Positions 19,220 to 28,178 are shown, counted from the stretch's first letter. The stretch is 64,000 bases of DNA from Candidatus Binataceae bacterium (GCA_050736615.1 JBOHWL010000136.1:16828-80827); one strand, 5' to 3'. A program made the numbers and translations. The notes: a model not told the origin generated them from the letters alone.

Positions 19220-19663
19220 TCAGGGGCGATTCATGAAACGATGATCGATATGGGCGACGGTCTGGCCGTTCTGATTGGTAAGGGTCGAGCGCACGATGAC
19301 GAACACCATCAAGCCGCTGCGCCCGGTCTTTTCGTAAATCTCCTTGACGTGCGAGCTCAGTGTCACCGCGTCGCCGGGGCGAATCGGCGTGACGAATTCA
19401 ACGTCTTTGCCGGCGTCAAAGCCTTGTCGTCCAAAACGCGGCACATGCTCGAAGAAGTGGCGCCCGTTGCGAAACGTGACGGCGAAGGAGGGCGGCGCGG
19501 TGAGCTCGCCATACGGTCCTTGTTTGGCCGCCGCGGGGTCGGTGTGAATCGGATTGGTTTCACCGATCGCGGCGCAAAAACTCTTTACCGCCTCGGCGGT
19601 GACTGGCACCGGGTCGCTTACCTCGAAGACCTTGCCGATCAGCGCCGGATCGTAATCAACCAT
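19220..19663 (-). CDS. MaoC N-terminal-like (FAS1-type) hotdog dehydratase subunit
   Basis: Start reassigned to ATG 19663 (MVDYDPALIG). It overlaps the PHP gene stop in an ATGGTTGA arrangement. GETNPIHTDPAAA motif. Probable partner of the downstream MaoC protein, as in ChsH1/ChsH2-type heterodimers. Confidence 0.65.
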   Translation of the reverse strand: MVDYDPALIGKVFEVSDPVPVTAEAVKSFCAAIGETNPIHTDPAAAKQGPYGELTAPPSFAVTFRNGRHFFEHVPRFGRQGFDAGKDVEFVTPIRPGDAVTLSSHVKEIYEKTGRSGLMVFVIVRSTLTNQNGQTVAHIDHRFMNRP

Positions 19664-20348
19664 CAGTTTTGGCCTCGACCGCGACCGCGTGCGGCACCGC
19701 CTTGCGTCGCGGACGGAAATCGACCGGCTCGTAGTCGCCGGTTCTGAGTTCTCGCACCAGGTCCTCGATCGTCCGGATATCAGCGGCAAAGCGCGTCGCA
19801 CACAGCCCTATCAGGCTCACCAGGTGGCTATCCGACCCGCCTGTGGCGGCGTACCCGAACCGGTTGATCAACTCCAGGCTGCGCTGATCCTCGCCCTTGC
19901 GCGAGCCGCCGTTAAGGGCTTCGACCGCAGTCACGTTGTCGAGCGGCGGCCGCGACTCATAATGCTCGCACAGACCGACCGTTGGCCGTCCCGGATGACA
20001 CGGCACGGCGACGCCGCCCATCCGTGCGACTTCATCGATCAATTCCTGCGCCGGCAGCCTGACGTTGGAAAAATCGAAGCGGCGCGTCATCTCCGGCGTT
20101 ACGCCGAAGACCAGCACGTGACCATAGTCGGTCTCAACCTCGGACGCCTTCAGCACGAGTAAGCCGAATTTATCTTCGAATTCGCGGTAATCGGCGTCCC
20201 GGTTGAACTGCCGATGCTCGGTCAGCACGATACCATCCACTGGCCGCTCGGCATGCCGCAGCTTAAGCCAGTTCAAGTATGCTTCCAGCGGTGCGCGGCT
20301 GTCCTCCGAAGCTTCGCTATGACTATGCAGGTCGAGCGTTGTACTCAC
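19656..20348 (-). CDS. PHP-domain metal-dependent phosphoesterase
   Basis: LDLHSHSEAS N-terminal His motif. Later motifs include VLTEH, GGSDSHL. Confidence 0.7.
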   Translation of the reverse strand: MSTTLDLHSHSEASEDSRAPLEAYLNWLKLRHAERPVDGIVLTEHRQFNRDADYREFEDKFGLLVLKASEVETDYGHVLVFGVTPEMTRRFDFSNVRLPAQELIDEVARMGGVAVPCHPGRPTVGLCEHYESRPPLDNVTAVEALNGGSRKGEDQRSLELINRFGYAATGGSDSHLVSLIGLCATRFAADIRTIEDLVRELRTGDYEPVDFRPRRKAVPHAVAVEAKTDG

Positions 20349-20360
20349 TAAGACGGAACC

Positions 20361-20798
20361 TCACCTCGCCGGGCGAAATTTGACCAACGTCACCTCGGGG
20401 GTGGCGTCGTCGTAAACAACCTCGACGGGCATCCCTATTTTAACCTGTTCCGGGGGGCAGTCGACAATATTGGTGAGCATCCGCAGCCCTTCGTCCAGCT
20501 CCACGTACGCCATCACATAGGGCAGCGAATCGCGGAAGCCAGCCGACTGATTCTGATTGGTCACGGTGAAGGTGTAAATCTTGCCGCCGCCGTTGCACTT
20601 GATCCATTCGACGCGCGATGACAGGCAGTTGGTGCATAGCGCGCGCGGATAGTAACGCAACTCACCGCAATCACGGCATTTCTGGATGTACAGTTCGTGA
20701 CGTTTGATAGCTTCCCACCACGGACGACTTTCCTCGTCAAGATGCGGTAACGGTTTCGCGTAACGTTTTTTTTCCTTTTCTTGCGCCATCTTGACCAC
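20361..20798 (-). CDS. DUF35-type Zn-ribbon + OB-fold protein (acyl-CoA-associated, thiolase partner)
   Basis: CRDCGELRYYPRALCTNCLS rubredoxin-like ribbon followed by an OB-fold segment. Directly abuts the thiolase-like gene. Confidence 0.75.
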   Translation of the reverse strand: MVKMAQEKEKKRYAKPLPHLDEESRPWWEAIKRHELYIQKCRDCGELRYYPRALCTNCLSSRVEWIKCNGGGKIYTFTVTNQNQSAGFRDSLPYVMAYVELDEGLRMLTNIVDCPPEQVKIGMPVEVVYDDATPEVTLVKFRPAR

Positions 20799-21956
20799 TC
20801 ACTGATTGGATAGAATCAAAGTCGCGCCCGAATGACGCGTGCCGAGCGCGCCGCCGGTGCCATGCACGAGCGCGGTATTGCAATCCTTGACCTGGCGCGG
20901 GCCGCATTCGCCGCGCAACTGTTTGACCGCCTCGATTACCAGGAAGATGCCGCGCATGCCGGGATGATTGGAAGACAGCCCGCCGCCGTCGGTATTGATT
21001 GGCAACTCGCCGTCGAAGCGCAGGCGTCCGCCAGTGACGAAGGCGCCGCCCTCGCCGCGTTTGCAAAAGCCCAGATTCTCCAGCGTCGATAGCACGGTGA
21101 TGGTAAAGGAATCGTAGATCATCGCCATGTCGATGTCCGCCGCGGTGGCGCCGGCGCGTTCGAAAGCGAGCCGTCCGGACTGCGCGGCGGCAATCTCAAG
21201 AAAATCGCGCTGTCCGCGTGCCGCATGCCGCACCGTTTCACCCGCGCCCAGGATATAGACGGGCTGCTTTTTTAAATCGCGCGCGCGCTCGGCGGAGGTC
21301 ACCACCAGCGCGCCGCCGCCATCACTGATGATACAGCAGTCCAGCAGATGGAGCGGCGAGGAAATCACGCGCGAGGCCAGCACGTCCTCGACCGTTATCG
21401 GGTCGCGGTATTTGGCCACCGGATTCATCGAAGCGTGCAGGCGCATGGTGACCGCGATTTCCGCCAGTTGTTCAGCCGTGGTGCCGTAGTCATGCATATG
21501 GCGTTGCGCGATCATCGCGTACGCGCCCACCGTGGTCGGGCCGAAGGGAATCTCATACTGATCACAGATGTCACCGCCGCCACCGCCGCCGGTGCCTATC
21601 GCGAAGCGTTGCGAAGCGGCGGTCGAGCCGTACACGACCACGGCGACTTCGCACAATCCGGAATTGATCGCCGCGGCGGCGTGCGCGGTTTGAGCCACGA
21701 ATGACGAACCGCCGATAGAAGTCGAGTCCACGTAATTGGGCGTCAGGTTCAGGTAATCGCAGAAGCTGACGATGCCCATTCCGCCCATGCCCATCCCGGT
21801 CGTACAGAGGCCGTCCACATCCTTGATCGTGAGGCCGGCGTCCGCGAGCGCGCCTCTGATGCTCTCAGCCATAATCTGGAACATGGTCTTGTCGGGCGCG
21901 TAGCGGCTTGGATGCTCATATACGCCAACCAAAGCGGTCTTGCGGCTTAAACTCAT
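20799..21956 (-). CDS. thiolase-like protein, SCP-x/nonspecific lipid-transfer-protein type (putative retro-aldolase or thiolase)
   Basis: Thiolase fold with catalytic Cys context (GLCTTGMG), a glycine-rich loop and C-terminal HGTGGALG. Confidence 0.8.
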   Translation of the reverse strand: MSLSRKTALVGVYEHPSRYAPDKTMFQIMAESIRGALADAGLTIKDVDGLCTTGMGMGGMGIVSFCDYLNLTPNYVDSTSIGGSSFVAQTAHAAAAINSGLCEVAVVVYGSTAASQRFAIGTGGGGGGDICDQYEIPFGPTTVGAYAMIAQRHMHDYGTTAEQLAEIAVTMRLHASMNPVAKYRDPITVEDVLASRVISSPLHLLDCCIISDGGGALVVTSAERARDLKKQPVYILGAGETVRHAARGQRDFLEIAAAQSGRLAFERAGATAADIDMAMIYDSFTITVLSTLENLGFCKRGEGGAFVTGGRLRFDGELPINTDGGGLSSNHPGMRGIFLVIEAVKQLRGECGPRQVKDCNTALVHGTGGALGTRHSGATLILSNQ

Positions 21957-21966
21957 GCTGCGCTCC

Positions 21967-22893
21967 CTAATTCAATTCGGCGAGAAAACTCTCGATGGCG
22001 GCGTTGACCTCCCGCGGCCGCTCGGTGGTGAGATGGTGCGCGGCGTCGCGGATGAGCTGGAGGCGTGCGCCACGAATCCTGCTCTTGATGAACTCGGCAT
22101 GCATCGGCGGCGTGATGAGGTCGTCGGCGCCCGCCAGAATCAGCGTTGGCGCGGCAATGTCCGCGATGTTGTCGCGCAAGTCGGCCTGGCGGCAGGCGAC
22201 CACATCGGTGTACCGCACGCGCGGATCGGTGCGAATCTGCTCGCCCCAGCCCTCACGCACCACATCGAAGCTTTCCTTGATGGTTTTCGGGGCGTAACCG
22301 TCGGTGGTAAACGCTTGCGGTGCGCGGCCCATGGTTACGTTCCAAAGGGCGCGCACAAGCTCTTCGGGAACTTCGAACTTGGCCGCCGTCGCCATCGCGA
22401 TCAGCGCGTGAGCGCGTTTTGGATAGCGCAACGCGAAATCCATCGCGACCGCGCCGCCCATTGAACGTCCCGCTATCACCGCCGCTTCGATCCCAAGGCT
22501 ATCCATGAAGGCGGCAACGAACCCGGTATAATCGTGGAGCGTGCGCAATCCCTCGACCCCCGACGTGCGCCCGTGACCCGGCAGGTCGAGCGCAATGGGG
22601 CTGTGATTGGCCGCGAGCGCCTCTAGTTGATAGTGCCACTCATGGCCGTTGGACCCGGCGGCGTGTACGAAAATGAGCTTGCGGCCTCGGGAAAAATCCG
22701 GGGCCACATCAGGCAAGGTCGTCCCCCCCTCGTAATAATAGTAGGTGGCGTAACCCTGCACCTCCACGTACTTGGTCGGCATCGCACCCAAAACTCCCAC
22801 GCGTTGATTGAGGTTAGCTATGCGGTTTAGGCCGCAATTGTCAAACGTGTCAAAGGCCGATTTATCCGCAAGCTCGCCGGGTTCGATTTTCAT
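21967..22893 (-). CDS. alpha/beta-fold hydrolase
   Basis: Start reassigned to ATG 22893 (MKIEPGELAD). GRSMGG nucleophile elbow, HG oxyanion region (FVHAAGSNGHEW), C-terminal DAAHHL. Confidence 0.7.
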   Translation of the reverse strand: MKIEPGELADKSAFDTFDNCGLNRIANLNQRVGVLGAMPTKYVEVQGYATYYYYEGGTTLPDVAPDFSRGRKLIFVHAAGSNGHEWHYQLEALAANHSPIALDLPGHGRTSGVEGLRTLHDYTGFVAAFMDSLGIEAAVIAGRSMGGAVAMDFALRYPKRAHALIAMATAAKFEVPEELVRALWNVTMGRAPQAFTTDGYAPKTIKESFDVVREGWGEQIRTDPRVRYTDVVACRQADLRDNIADIAAPTLILAGADDLITPPMHAEFIKSRIRGARLQLIRDAAHHLTTERPREVNAAIESFLAELN

Positions 22894-23083
22894 TGCACCT
22901 GGCGCGCCGGCGTGCTGACGGATGCGGCCGCTTCGGACAAAGAAGAACCGTCGGTCGTCTGCCTGCCGCCTCAACCGTGCCGATTGGGGCGGAGTCGAAT
23001 CTTTACGGGTTTTAAAACTTCGCGATCGGCCATTGTCATCGCAAATGGCCGCTCGCGCTCCCCCGGCGCTTACGGATGTCCAC

Positions 23084-23320
23084 TCATCGCCGCTTGCGCC
23101 GTCCACGGGCGACAATGGTTGGAGCGCCAGACGCCTGCGTTTTTTCCCACTGCTCGATAGCGGCGCGATTGAAGCGCCAATTGCTGCCGACGCGGAATCC
23201 AGGCAGCCGCCCTTGGCGCAACAGCCGATATATAGTCGTGGGATGTACGCGCAGATGGTCCGACAGTTCCTTAATCGTAAAAATTTCGTCCTGCGCCGTC
23301 ATAGAAGATTGGGAATTCAT
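23084..23320 (-). CDS. excisionase-family (MerR-like) helix-turn-helix DNA-binding protein
   Basis: FTIKELSDHLRVHPTTIYRLLRQGRLPGFRVGSNWRFNRAAIEQW matches the excisionase/AlpA-type HTH_17 pattern. Heads the hydrolase/thiolase operon on the minus strand. Confidence 0.65.
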   Translation of the reverse strand: MNSQSSMTAQDEIFTIKELSDHLRVHPTTIYRLLRQGRLPGFRVGSNWRFNRAAIEQWEKTQASGAPTIVARGRRKRR

Positions 23321-23955
23321 TTTGGTCAGAGCCGCTCGCGGGTAACTGTCAGGTTCGCTTACTATGTTAATACCGCTGATTCAGCCTCTTCCGCGCGCAA
23401 CACGAAGTCAAGATGCAACTGTGCATAAAACGGGTCTGAATCCATCAGCACGAAGCTACCAACTGTTCTTGAATGTATTAATTGTATACTAACGCGAATC
23501 ACTGAGTATGTTGCCGCACGCAAGCGTTACGAGAAGCCTAATGCTTAAAGATAGGCGATATTTTGCCCTATTATGCCGATTGGGCCGTCAAATATTAGAT
23601 TTGGCGACGATCTCGGCGCCTTTTGATCGCCGCGGCTGATCCCTGGACCGCTCGCTCAGGGTCTTTATCTGATAATTTTGCGGCTGGCTTGAGGACATTG
23701 TTAGCGCGATCGCGCCGATGGTTGGTCAGATATGCACAGGCGTATCAACTCGAAGTATACAAATATTGTCATTTAGTATGCGCAATGGTGATGCGCTGAC
23801 AGTAATTGCGCATTGACGAAATATGGCGTCGAAATTTGCCAAAATGACGGGATTCCTACTTGGAGAATTGCACCTTCGGCTTTGTTTCCGCGGCCTTTTC
23901 CAAGAAGCGACGCCAGCGTGATTTCCATCGCAAGCAGGCGGTCATTCGTCCTTGA

Positions 23956-23985
23956 TTGACTAAGGTCGCGCCGCCTTCCTATGAT
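23956..23985 (+). promoter_or_regulatory. sigma-70-like promoter for the 24011 gene
   Basis: TTGACT (23956-23961), 18-bp spacer, TATGAT (23980-23985), then GGAGGAAG RBS (23995-24002) and GTG 24011. Lies in a 690-bp AT-rich intergenic stretch. Confidence 0.4.
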
Positions 23986-24010
23986 CCGGGCCACGGAGGA
24001 AGATTGTTAA

Positions 24011-24544
24011 GTGCGAATGTTCGTTCCACCTATTGCTCAACGCCGGGAAATGGACCGCAATCTTGCACGTTTTTTCCGCGAGCATCGTATTTCCACTTTT
24101 CGCCGCGCGGTGTCGAATTTCTGCCGCTATTACAACGTTAAAGCTCCTCGTATCGAGTGGTACGAATATATCGATTGGGGTAAGACGGCTGGCAAAACCT
24201 TCGAGGACGGCCGTATCCATCTGGTTCACCCCGAGAACTGGAAACGCGGCCGTATCTACAAAAGCGAGCGGATGTGGGTCCAGACGGTCTATCACGAGCT
24301 GGCGCACTATCTGTTTTGGACCGATGCCGAAGCCAAAGCCGAGGCTTTCACCCATCGGATGGTGCGCGGTCTGCGCCGGGTGATACCGCGGGCGGCGAGC
24401 GCGCGACTGCAAGTCCCGGCAGGTGCCGTGCCGCGGCCTTCGCGCGCGGGCTATCCGTCCAGTATGCGACCGCGAAGGGAAGCTCGGATCGCGGAGATCA
24501 AGCGCGGATCGCACGCCAGCGCCGCGCGGCGGCGGCATGCGTGA
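24011..24544 (+). CDS. putative zinc metallopeptidase-like protein (HExxH: YHELAHY), SprT/ImmA/WLM-like; C-terminal Arg/Ala-rich tail doubtful
   Basis: QTVYHELAHYLFWTD carries an HExxH motif with aromatic context. The last ~60 codons are low-complexity (Arg/Ala/Pro) and may be read-through. Confidence 0.45.
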   Translation: MRMFVPPIAQRREMDRNLARFFREHRISTFRRAVSNFCRYYNVKAPRIEWYEYIDWGKTAGKTFEDGRIHLVHPENWKRGRIYKSERMWVQTVYHELAHYLFWTDAEAKAEAFTHRMVRGLRRVIPRAASARLQVPAGAVPRPSRAGYPSSMRPRREARIAEIKRGSHASAARRRHA

Positions 24545-24587
24545 AATGCAACGGCAAGCCTTATGTCGCCGCGGGTTTTTTGGATAG

Positions 24588-25139
24588 GTGATGGCGCATA
24601 AGCCAAACGTCGAGAATCGTTGGTGGGTTGAAACCACCGTCAAGCGGCCCAAACAGGCAAAGGCGGAAGGCGACTTGCCGCAATTGCCAGTCGCAATGAG
24701 CTTCTATGCGGTCGCCAAGGATTACAGTCAGGACCGCGCGAAGGAAGATCTGACCGACAACAATCTGCGCATCGCGCGCGAGGCCAACCCGCCGCCGGGC
24801 GACTGGGTCTACGTGCCGATGACTGAAGATCATTATCCGCCCCGCTTGGTCAAACGGATCAAGGACGAATTCCGTCTGCCGCGCGAGGCCCGAGGCATTC
24901 TGCTTGATCACGGTCGTCTGGTGCGACTGCTCATCTGCGGCCCGCAACTCGAAGACTGGATGCTGGACGTGACAATGGGTGAGGAACCCTCGGTTGACGT
25001 TTACGTCTGGAGCACGATGTACCGTGAGCGGTTGTTTCGGCGCGCCGAAGAGGCCCTGCGGCTGGCGCACCAATGGGCGTTGAACCTGATTCAGAACCCA
25101 CCCCAGCGCGACGACCCTTTTCGTGGCGCGTTGCTCTGA
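24588..25139 (+). CDS. hypothetical protein
   Basis: 183-aa ORF with protein-like composition (Trp/Tyr-rich, mixed charge). It has the same strand and spacing as the 24011 gene. GTG 24588 or ATG 24591. Confidence 0.4.
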   Translation: MMAHKPNVENRWWVETTVKRPKQAKAEGDLPQLPVAMSFYAVAKDYSQDRAKEDLTDNNLRIAREANPPPGDWVYVPMTEDHYPPRLVKRIKDEFRLPREARGILLDHGRLVRLLICGPQLEDWMLDVTMGEEPSVDVYVWSTMYRERLFRRAEEALRLAHQWALNLIQNPPQRDDPFRGALL

Positions 25140-25201
25140 TACGTCCTTCAAACATTTGTTGATTGGCTGCGGCCGGCCTTGCCGCTGGGGAGCAACCCCT
25201 T

Positions 25202-25561
25202 TTATTCAACGACAATTGTCATTTTCATGGTCGTGTGGCCGATCCCGCGGTAGTGATCGCAAATCACCTTGAATGTCCCCGTGGTGGTGGGAGTGACGGT
25301 CACCATCGTAAGCCGCTCCGGCCGGATGTCGGTGTCGATTTTCAACGGCCGTGCAAAGAACCCATGCACCGCGTCCGTGCTGGTCAGTTGCAGCCGCACG
25401 GTCTCGCCTTTTTTGAGAATTATCTGACCGGGGCTGAATTGAAATCTGTGGGCCGTAATCTTCACGACCGGCGGCGGTGCCACGGTGTTCGCCCGTCCGA
25501 GCGCGGGGATTGCCAACGCGGCGGCGAAAGTGAACGCGCCGAGTGTTGTGGTCGGCCTCAT
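25202..25561 (-). CDS. secreted cupredoxin-like domain protein
   Basis: Signal peptide MRPTTTLGAFTFAAALAIPALG. Cupredoxin-type C-terminal ligand cluster VICDHYRGIGHTTMKM plus upstream His (AVHGFF). Confidence 0.55.
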   Translation of the reverse strand: MRPTTTLGAFTFAAALAIPALGRANTVAPPPVVKITAHRFQFSPGQIILKKGETVRLQLTSTDAVHGFFARPLKIDTDIRPERLTMVTVTPTTTGTFKVICDHYRGIGHTTMKMTIVVE

Positions 25562-26544
25562 GCGATTACTCCTGATTTGGCTAGTTGTTGCATTCCGCAG
25601 GTGCCCGAAAATTCACGGAGGCTGAGCTCGACGTCGCTGATCGTGAGCGCTGGACCGTCGCCGCTAACCTCTCGAATGCCGAGATTTTTGAATGGTTGAT
25701 GCGCATCGAAGGCGACTGGTTTGCGGTCGCCCGTTTGCGACGCATCAGGAAAGGCGAAGATCAGGGAACGGGCGGCATAATGGCGTGCGCGCCCGTCCTG
25801 ATGAAAATTGCGACGGTGAATATGGCCGTATAGCACCGTGACATTTTCATACGCCGCCAACGCCTTCATCACATCATCGCCGTCGCTGGTGAACCACTCC
25901 CATTCGGGTTTGAGATCGAACAGCGGCCTGTGCGTGAAAACGATAATCGGAGTGGCGAGCGGATAACGCGACAGGTCGCGTTTGAGCCACGCCAATTGTT
26001 CAGTCCCGACCTCCGGACGGCCGCGCGAAACGTTGTCGAGTGCGACGAAGTGGACGCCACGGTGATCGAATGAATAATGCGGTTCCCCGGAGTGCTCGCG
26101 GTACAGCTTGCCGCCGTCCAAAGCGGCATCGTTCTCGCCCGGAACCCATCGCAGTATCGGCACTTTGAGTCCGCTCGCGATTGATTTGAAGGTTCGCATC
26201 CGCGCGGCGTGAACTTCGCGGCTCTCGGCGTCATGCGTCAAATCGCCAGTGAAAATCACCAGCTCAGGCGCCTTAGGCATGCGCTTCACCATCTTTACGG
26301 CGCGCTCGAAAGCTTGCGTGCCGAGCGGGTCGGGCGGCCCATTGAAACCCACGTGCGTGTCGCTGAATTGCGCGAAGCTGAAGGAACCCGGCGCCTCGCC
26401 ATTCGAGGCGCGAAGCACCTGCTTGGCCATCGTGCCCGCCACCGATTTGCCCGCTAATGCGTTTCCCACCGTGTAAAGCGCCCCAATTCCGAGCGAAGTG
26501 CCGGCCACGCGCAAAAAAGAGCGCCGGTCGATTGGTTTGTTCAT
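25558..26544 (-). CDS. Tat-secreted metallophosphoesterase (calcineurin-like)
   Basis: Start reassigned to ATG 26544 (MNKPIDRRSFLRVAG, a twin-arginine motif), preceded by AAGGGG. Motifs GDLTHD, GENDAAL, GHIHRRNF. The listed 517-aa ORF adds a non-protein-like leader. Confidence 0.75.
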   Translation of the reverse strand: MNKPIDRRSFLRVAGTSLGIGALYTVGNALAGKSVAGTMAKQVLRASNGEAPGSFSFAQFSDTHVGFNGPPDPLGTQAFERAVKMVKRMPKAPELVIFTGDLTHDAESREVHAARMRTFKSIASGLKVPILRWVPGENDAALDGGKLYREHSGEPHYSFDHRGVHFVALDNVSRGRPEVGTEQLAWLKRDLSRYPLATPIIVFTHRPLFDLKPEWEWFTSDGDDVMKALAAYENVTVLYGHIHRRNFHQDGRARHYAARSLIFAFPDASQTGDRKPVAFDAHQPFKNLGIREVSGDGPALTISDVELSLREFSGTCGMQQLAKSGVIA

Positions 26545-26718
26545 CGGTTCACCCCTTAGAGTTACGCGCGGAACCCGGCTCCGAATGGATTCCATCGCCA
26601 CGCCTCGCGCTGTAAAGTCATCGCGCTGCAGAGTGATGAGACCGGTTGCGCTCGCGAATATTCCCGTCGGCGGCGCCGACCGGCCGCCCGGAATAAAATC
26701 GCTGTAGCGACGGTCTCG

Positions 26719-27313
26719 TTGCTTAAGGGTGGAAGCCGATCCATCAAGGTGGATCATCGAGTGCCCGAACGTGATAACCCGGCGCGGTTCGAGCAGGCCG
26801 TTCTGCCGCATCTCGATGCCGCCTACAATCTGGCGCGATGGCTGATGCGCGACGATCACGACGCTCAGGACGCAGTGCAGGATGCGTGTGTGCGCGCACT
26901 GCGTTTTTTTGGGAGTTTGCGCGGCGGCGACAGCCGCGTATGGCTGCTGGCGATCGTGCGCAATGTTTGTTACACACGCCTGACCAGTGGCCGTGCGAGG
27001 GAGCATGACGCCAGCTTTGACGAGGAGCTGCACGCCACAGACACGGTCGCGGGTGATAATCCGGAACCTGCTGATGCGCGCGCGCGACGATCGTGCGCTC
27101 CTGCAAGCCATCGAAAATCCGCCAGCCGAGTATCGCGAGCCGCTGGTGTTACGCGAGCTGGAAGGGCTTTCCTATAAGCAAATAGCCGAAGTGGCGGCGA
27201 TGCCGATCGGCACCGTGATGCCACGCCTGGCGCGTGCGCGAAAACGGATAATGGCGGAGCTTCGCGTAATGGCGGAGCTTCGCGGCGTCGCCCGCAAAGG
27301 AGAGGTGGCGTGA
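26719..27313 (+). pseudogene. ECF (sigma-70 family) sigma factor interrupted by a frameshift near 27040-27070
   Basis: Region 2 (PHLDAAYNLARWLMRDDHDAQDAVQDACVRALRFF...LLAIVRNVCYTR) is in the 26719 frame up to ...VAGDNPE. Region 4 (NLLMRARDDRALLQAIENPPAEYREPLVLRELEGLSYKQIAEVAAMPIGTVMPRLARARKRI) is in the +1 frame, ORF 26987-27313. The two join as ...SNPENLML..., matching the RpoE layout. Confidence 0.6.
27250..27285 (+). repeat. 18-bp tandem duplication at the 3' end of the sigma factor gene
   Basis: aatggcggagcttcgcgt / aatggcggagcttcgcgg, 17/18 identical. Encodes MAELRV-MAELRG. Confidence 0.5.
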
Positions 27314-28095
27314 CCTGCGGCGAAGCGCGCGGCCTGCTCGACGCATACGCGGACGCCGAGCTCGAACTGATGCACAGCCTCGAACTGGAGCGCCATCTCG
27401 AGCAATGCGGCGAATGCGTGCGCGCACGCGAGGATATTATTGCGACGCGCGAGGCGGTGCGCGGCGCCGCGCCTTACTACACGGCGCCGTTGGTCCTGTG
27501 TGAGCGTGTACGCGCATTGTCCGGCCCCGCACGAACCTCAAGCAGGTTAAAGCGATGGATGCCGCGGGCGATAGAATGGCCGTGGCTGATCACCGCGGCG
27601 GCGGTGCTGGCCGCTGTCATCGTGATTGTGCGAGGATTCACGCCGCCGACGACCCCATCGCCGCGCCTGGTAGCCAGCGAAGCCGTCGCCAGCCACGTGC
27701 GCTCGCTGATGGCCAATCATCTGGCCGATGTCGTGTCCTCGAATCAGCATACGGTCAAGCCGTGGTTTGATGGCAAGCTGGATTTCGCGCCAATCGTCGA
27801 AGATTTGGCGCGCGAGGGGTTTCCTTTGAGCGGCGGCCGGCTCGATTACTTCGATGGTCATCCGGTGGCGGCGCTAGTTTACCGCCGCCGCGCGCACGTC
27901 ATCAATCTTTTCAGTTGGCCCGCGTCGAAGCAGCCAGACAGCGTCGCAAAAGCCGAAGTGATACGCGGTTACAACGTTGTGCATTGGAACGACGCAGGCA
28001 TGGCGTACTGCGCGGTATCGGATCTTGACCTGAACGAACTGCGTCAATTTGCCGGTCTTTTCGCGCAAGGAATGGCGCCCGCGCCGCCTGGCTAA
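27310..28095 (+). CDS. anti-sigma factor with N-terminal zf-HC2 zinc finger, one TM helix and periplasmic domain
   Basis: GTG 27310 overlaps the sigma stop (GTGA). CGEARGLLDAYADAELELMHSLELERHLEQCGECV is the H-x3-C-x2-C anti-sigma motif. TM segment WPWLITAAAVLAAVIVIV. Confidence 0.65.
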   Translation: MTCGEARGLLDAYADAELELMHSLELERHLEQCGECVRAREDIIATREAVRGAAPYYTAPLVLCERVRALSGPARTSSRLKRWMPRAIEWPWLITAAAVLAAVIVIVRGFTPPTTPSPRLVASEAVASHVRSLMANHLADVVSSNQHTVKPWFDGKLDFAPIVEDLAREGFPLSGGRLDYFDGHPVAALVYRRRAHVINLFSWPASKQPDSVAKAEVIRGYNVVHWNDAGMAYCAVSDLDLNELRQFAGLFAQGMAPAPPG

Positions 28096-28178
28096 AGGCG
28101 CAAATCGACGATTCCGTGCGCCTTTCCACGCCCGGCACTTTATAGCTTACGATCGCGGAACGACGTACGGGGCGTTTC

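Noticed and set aside
23830-23950. Short matches (gaaatttg, gggattcct, ccttcggctttgt) to the interior of the 60336-60607 repeat
   Set aside because: The matches are only 8-12 bp, in a different order, and without terminal TGTCATTC/GAATGACA repeats. Probably chance.
26545-27111. 189-codon N-terminal extension of the metallophosphoesterase (listed 517-aa ORF)
   Set aside because: The leader has a nonsense composition (MACRSARSSRARISRF...). A Tat motif and an SD precede the ATG at 26544.
28095-28124. Hairpin AAGGCGCA...TGCGCCTT after the anti-sigma gene
   Set aside because: It has an 8-bp stem but a 14-nt loop and no U-tract, so it is too weak to call a terminator.
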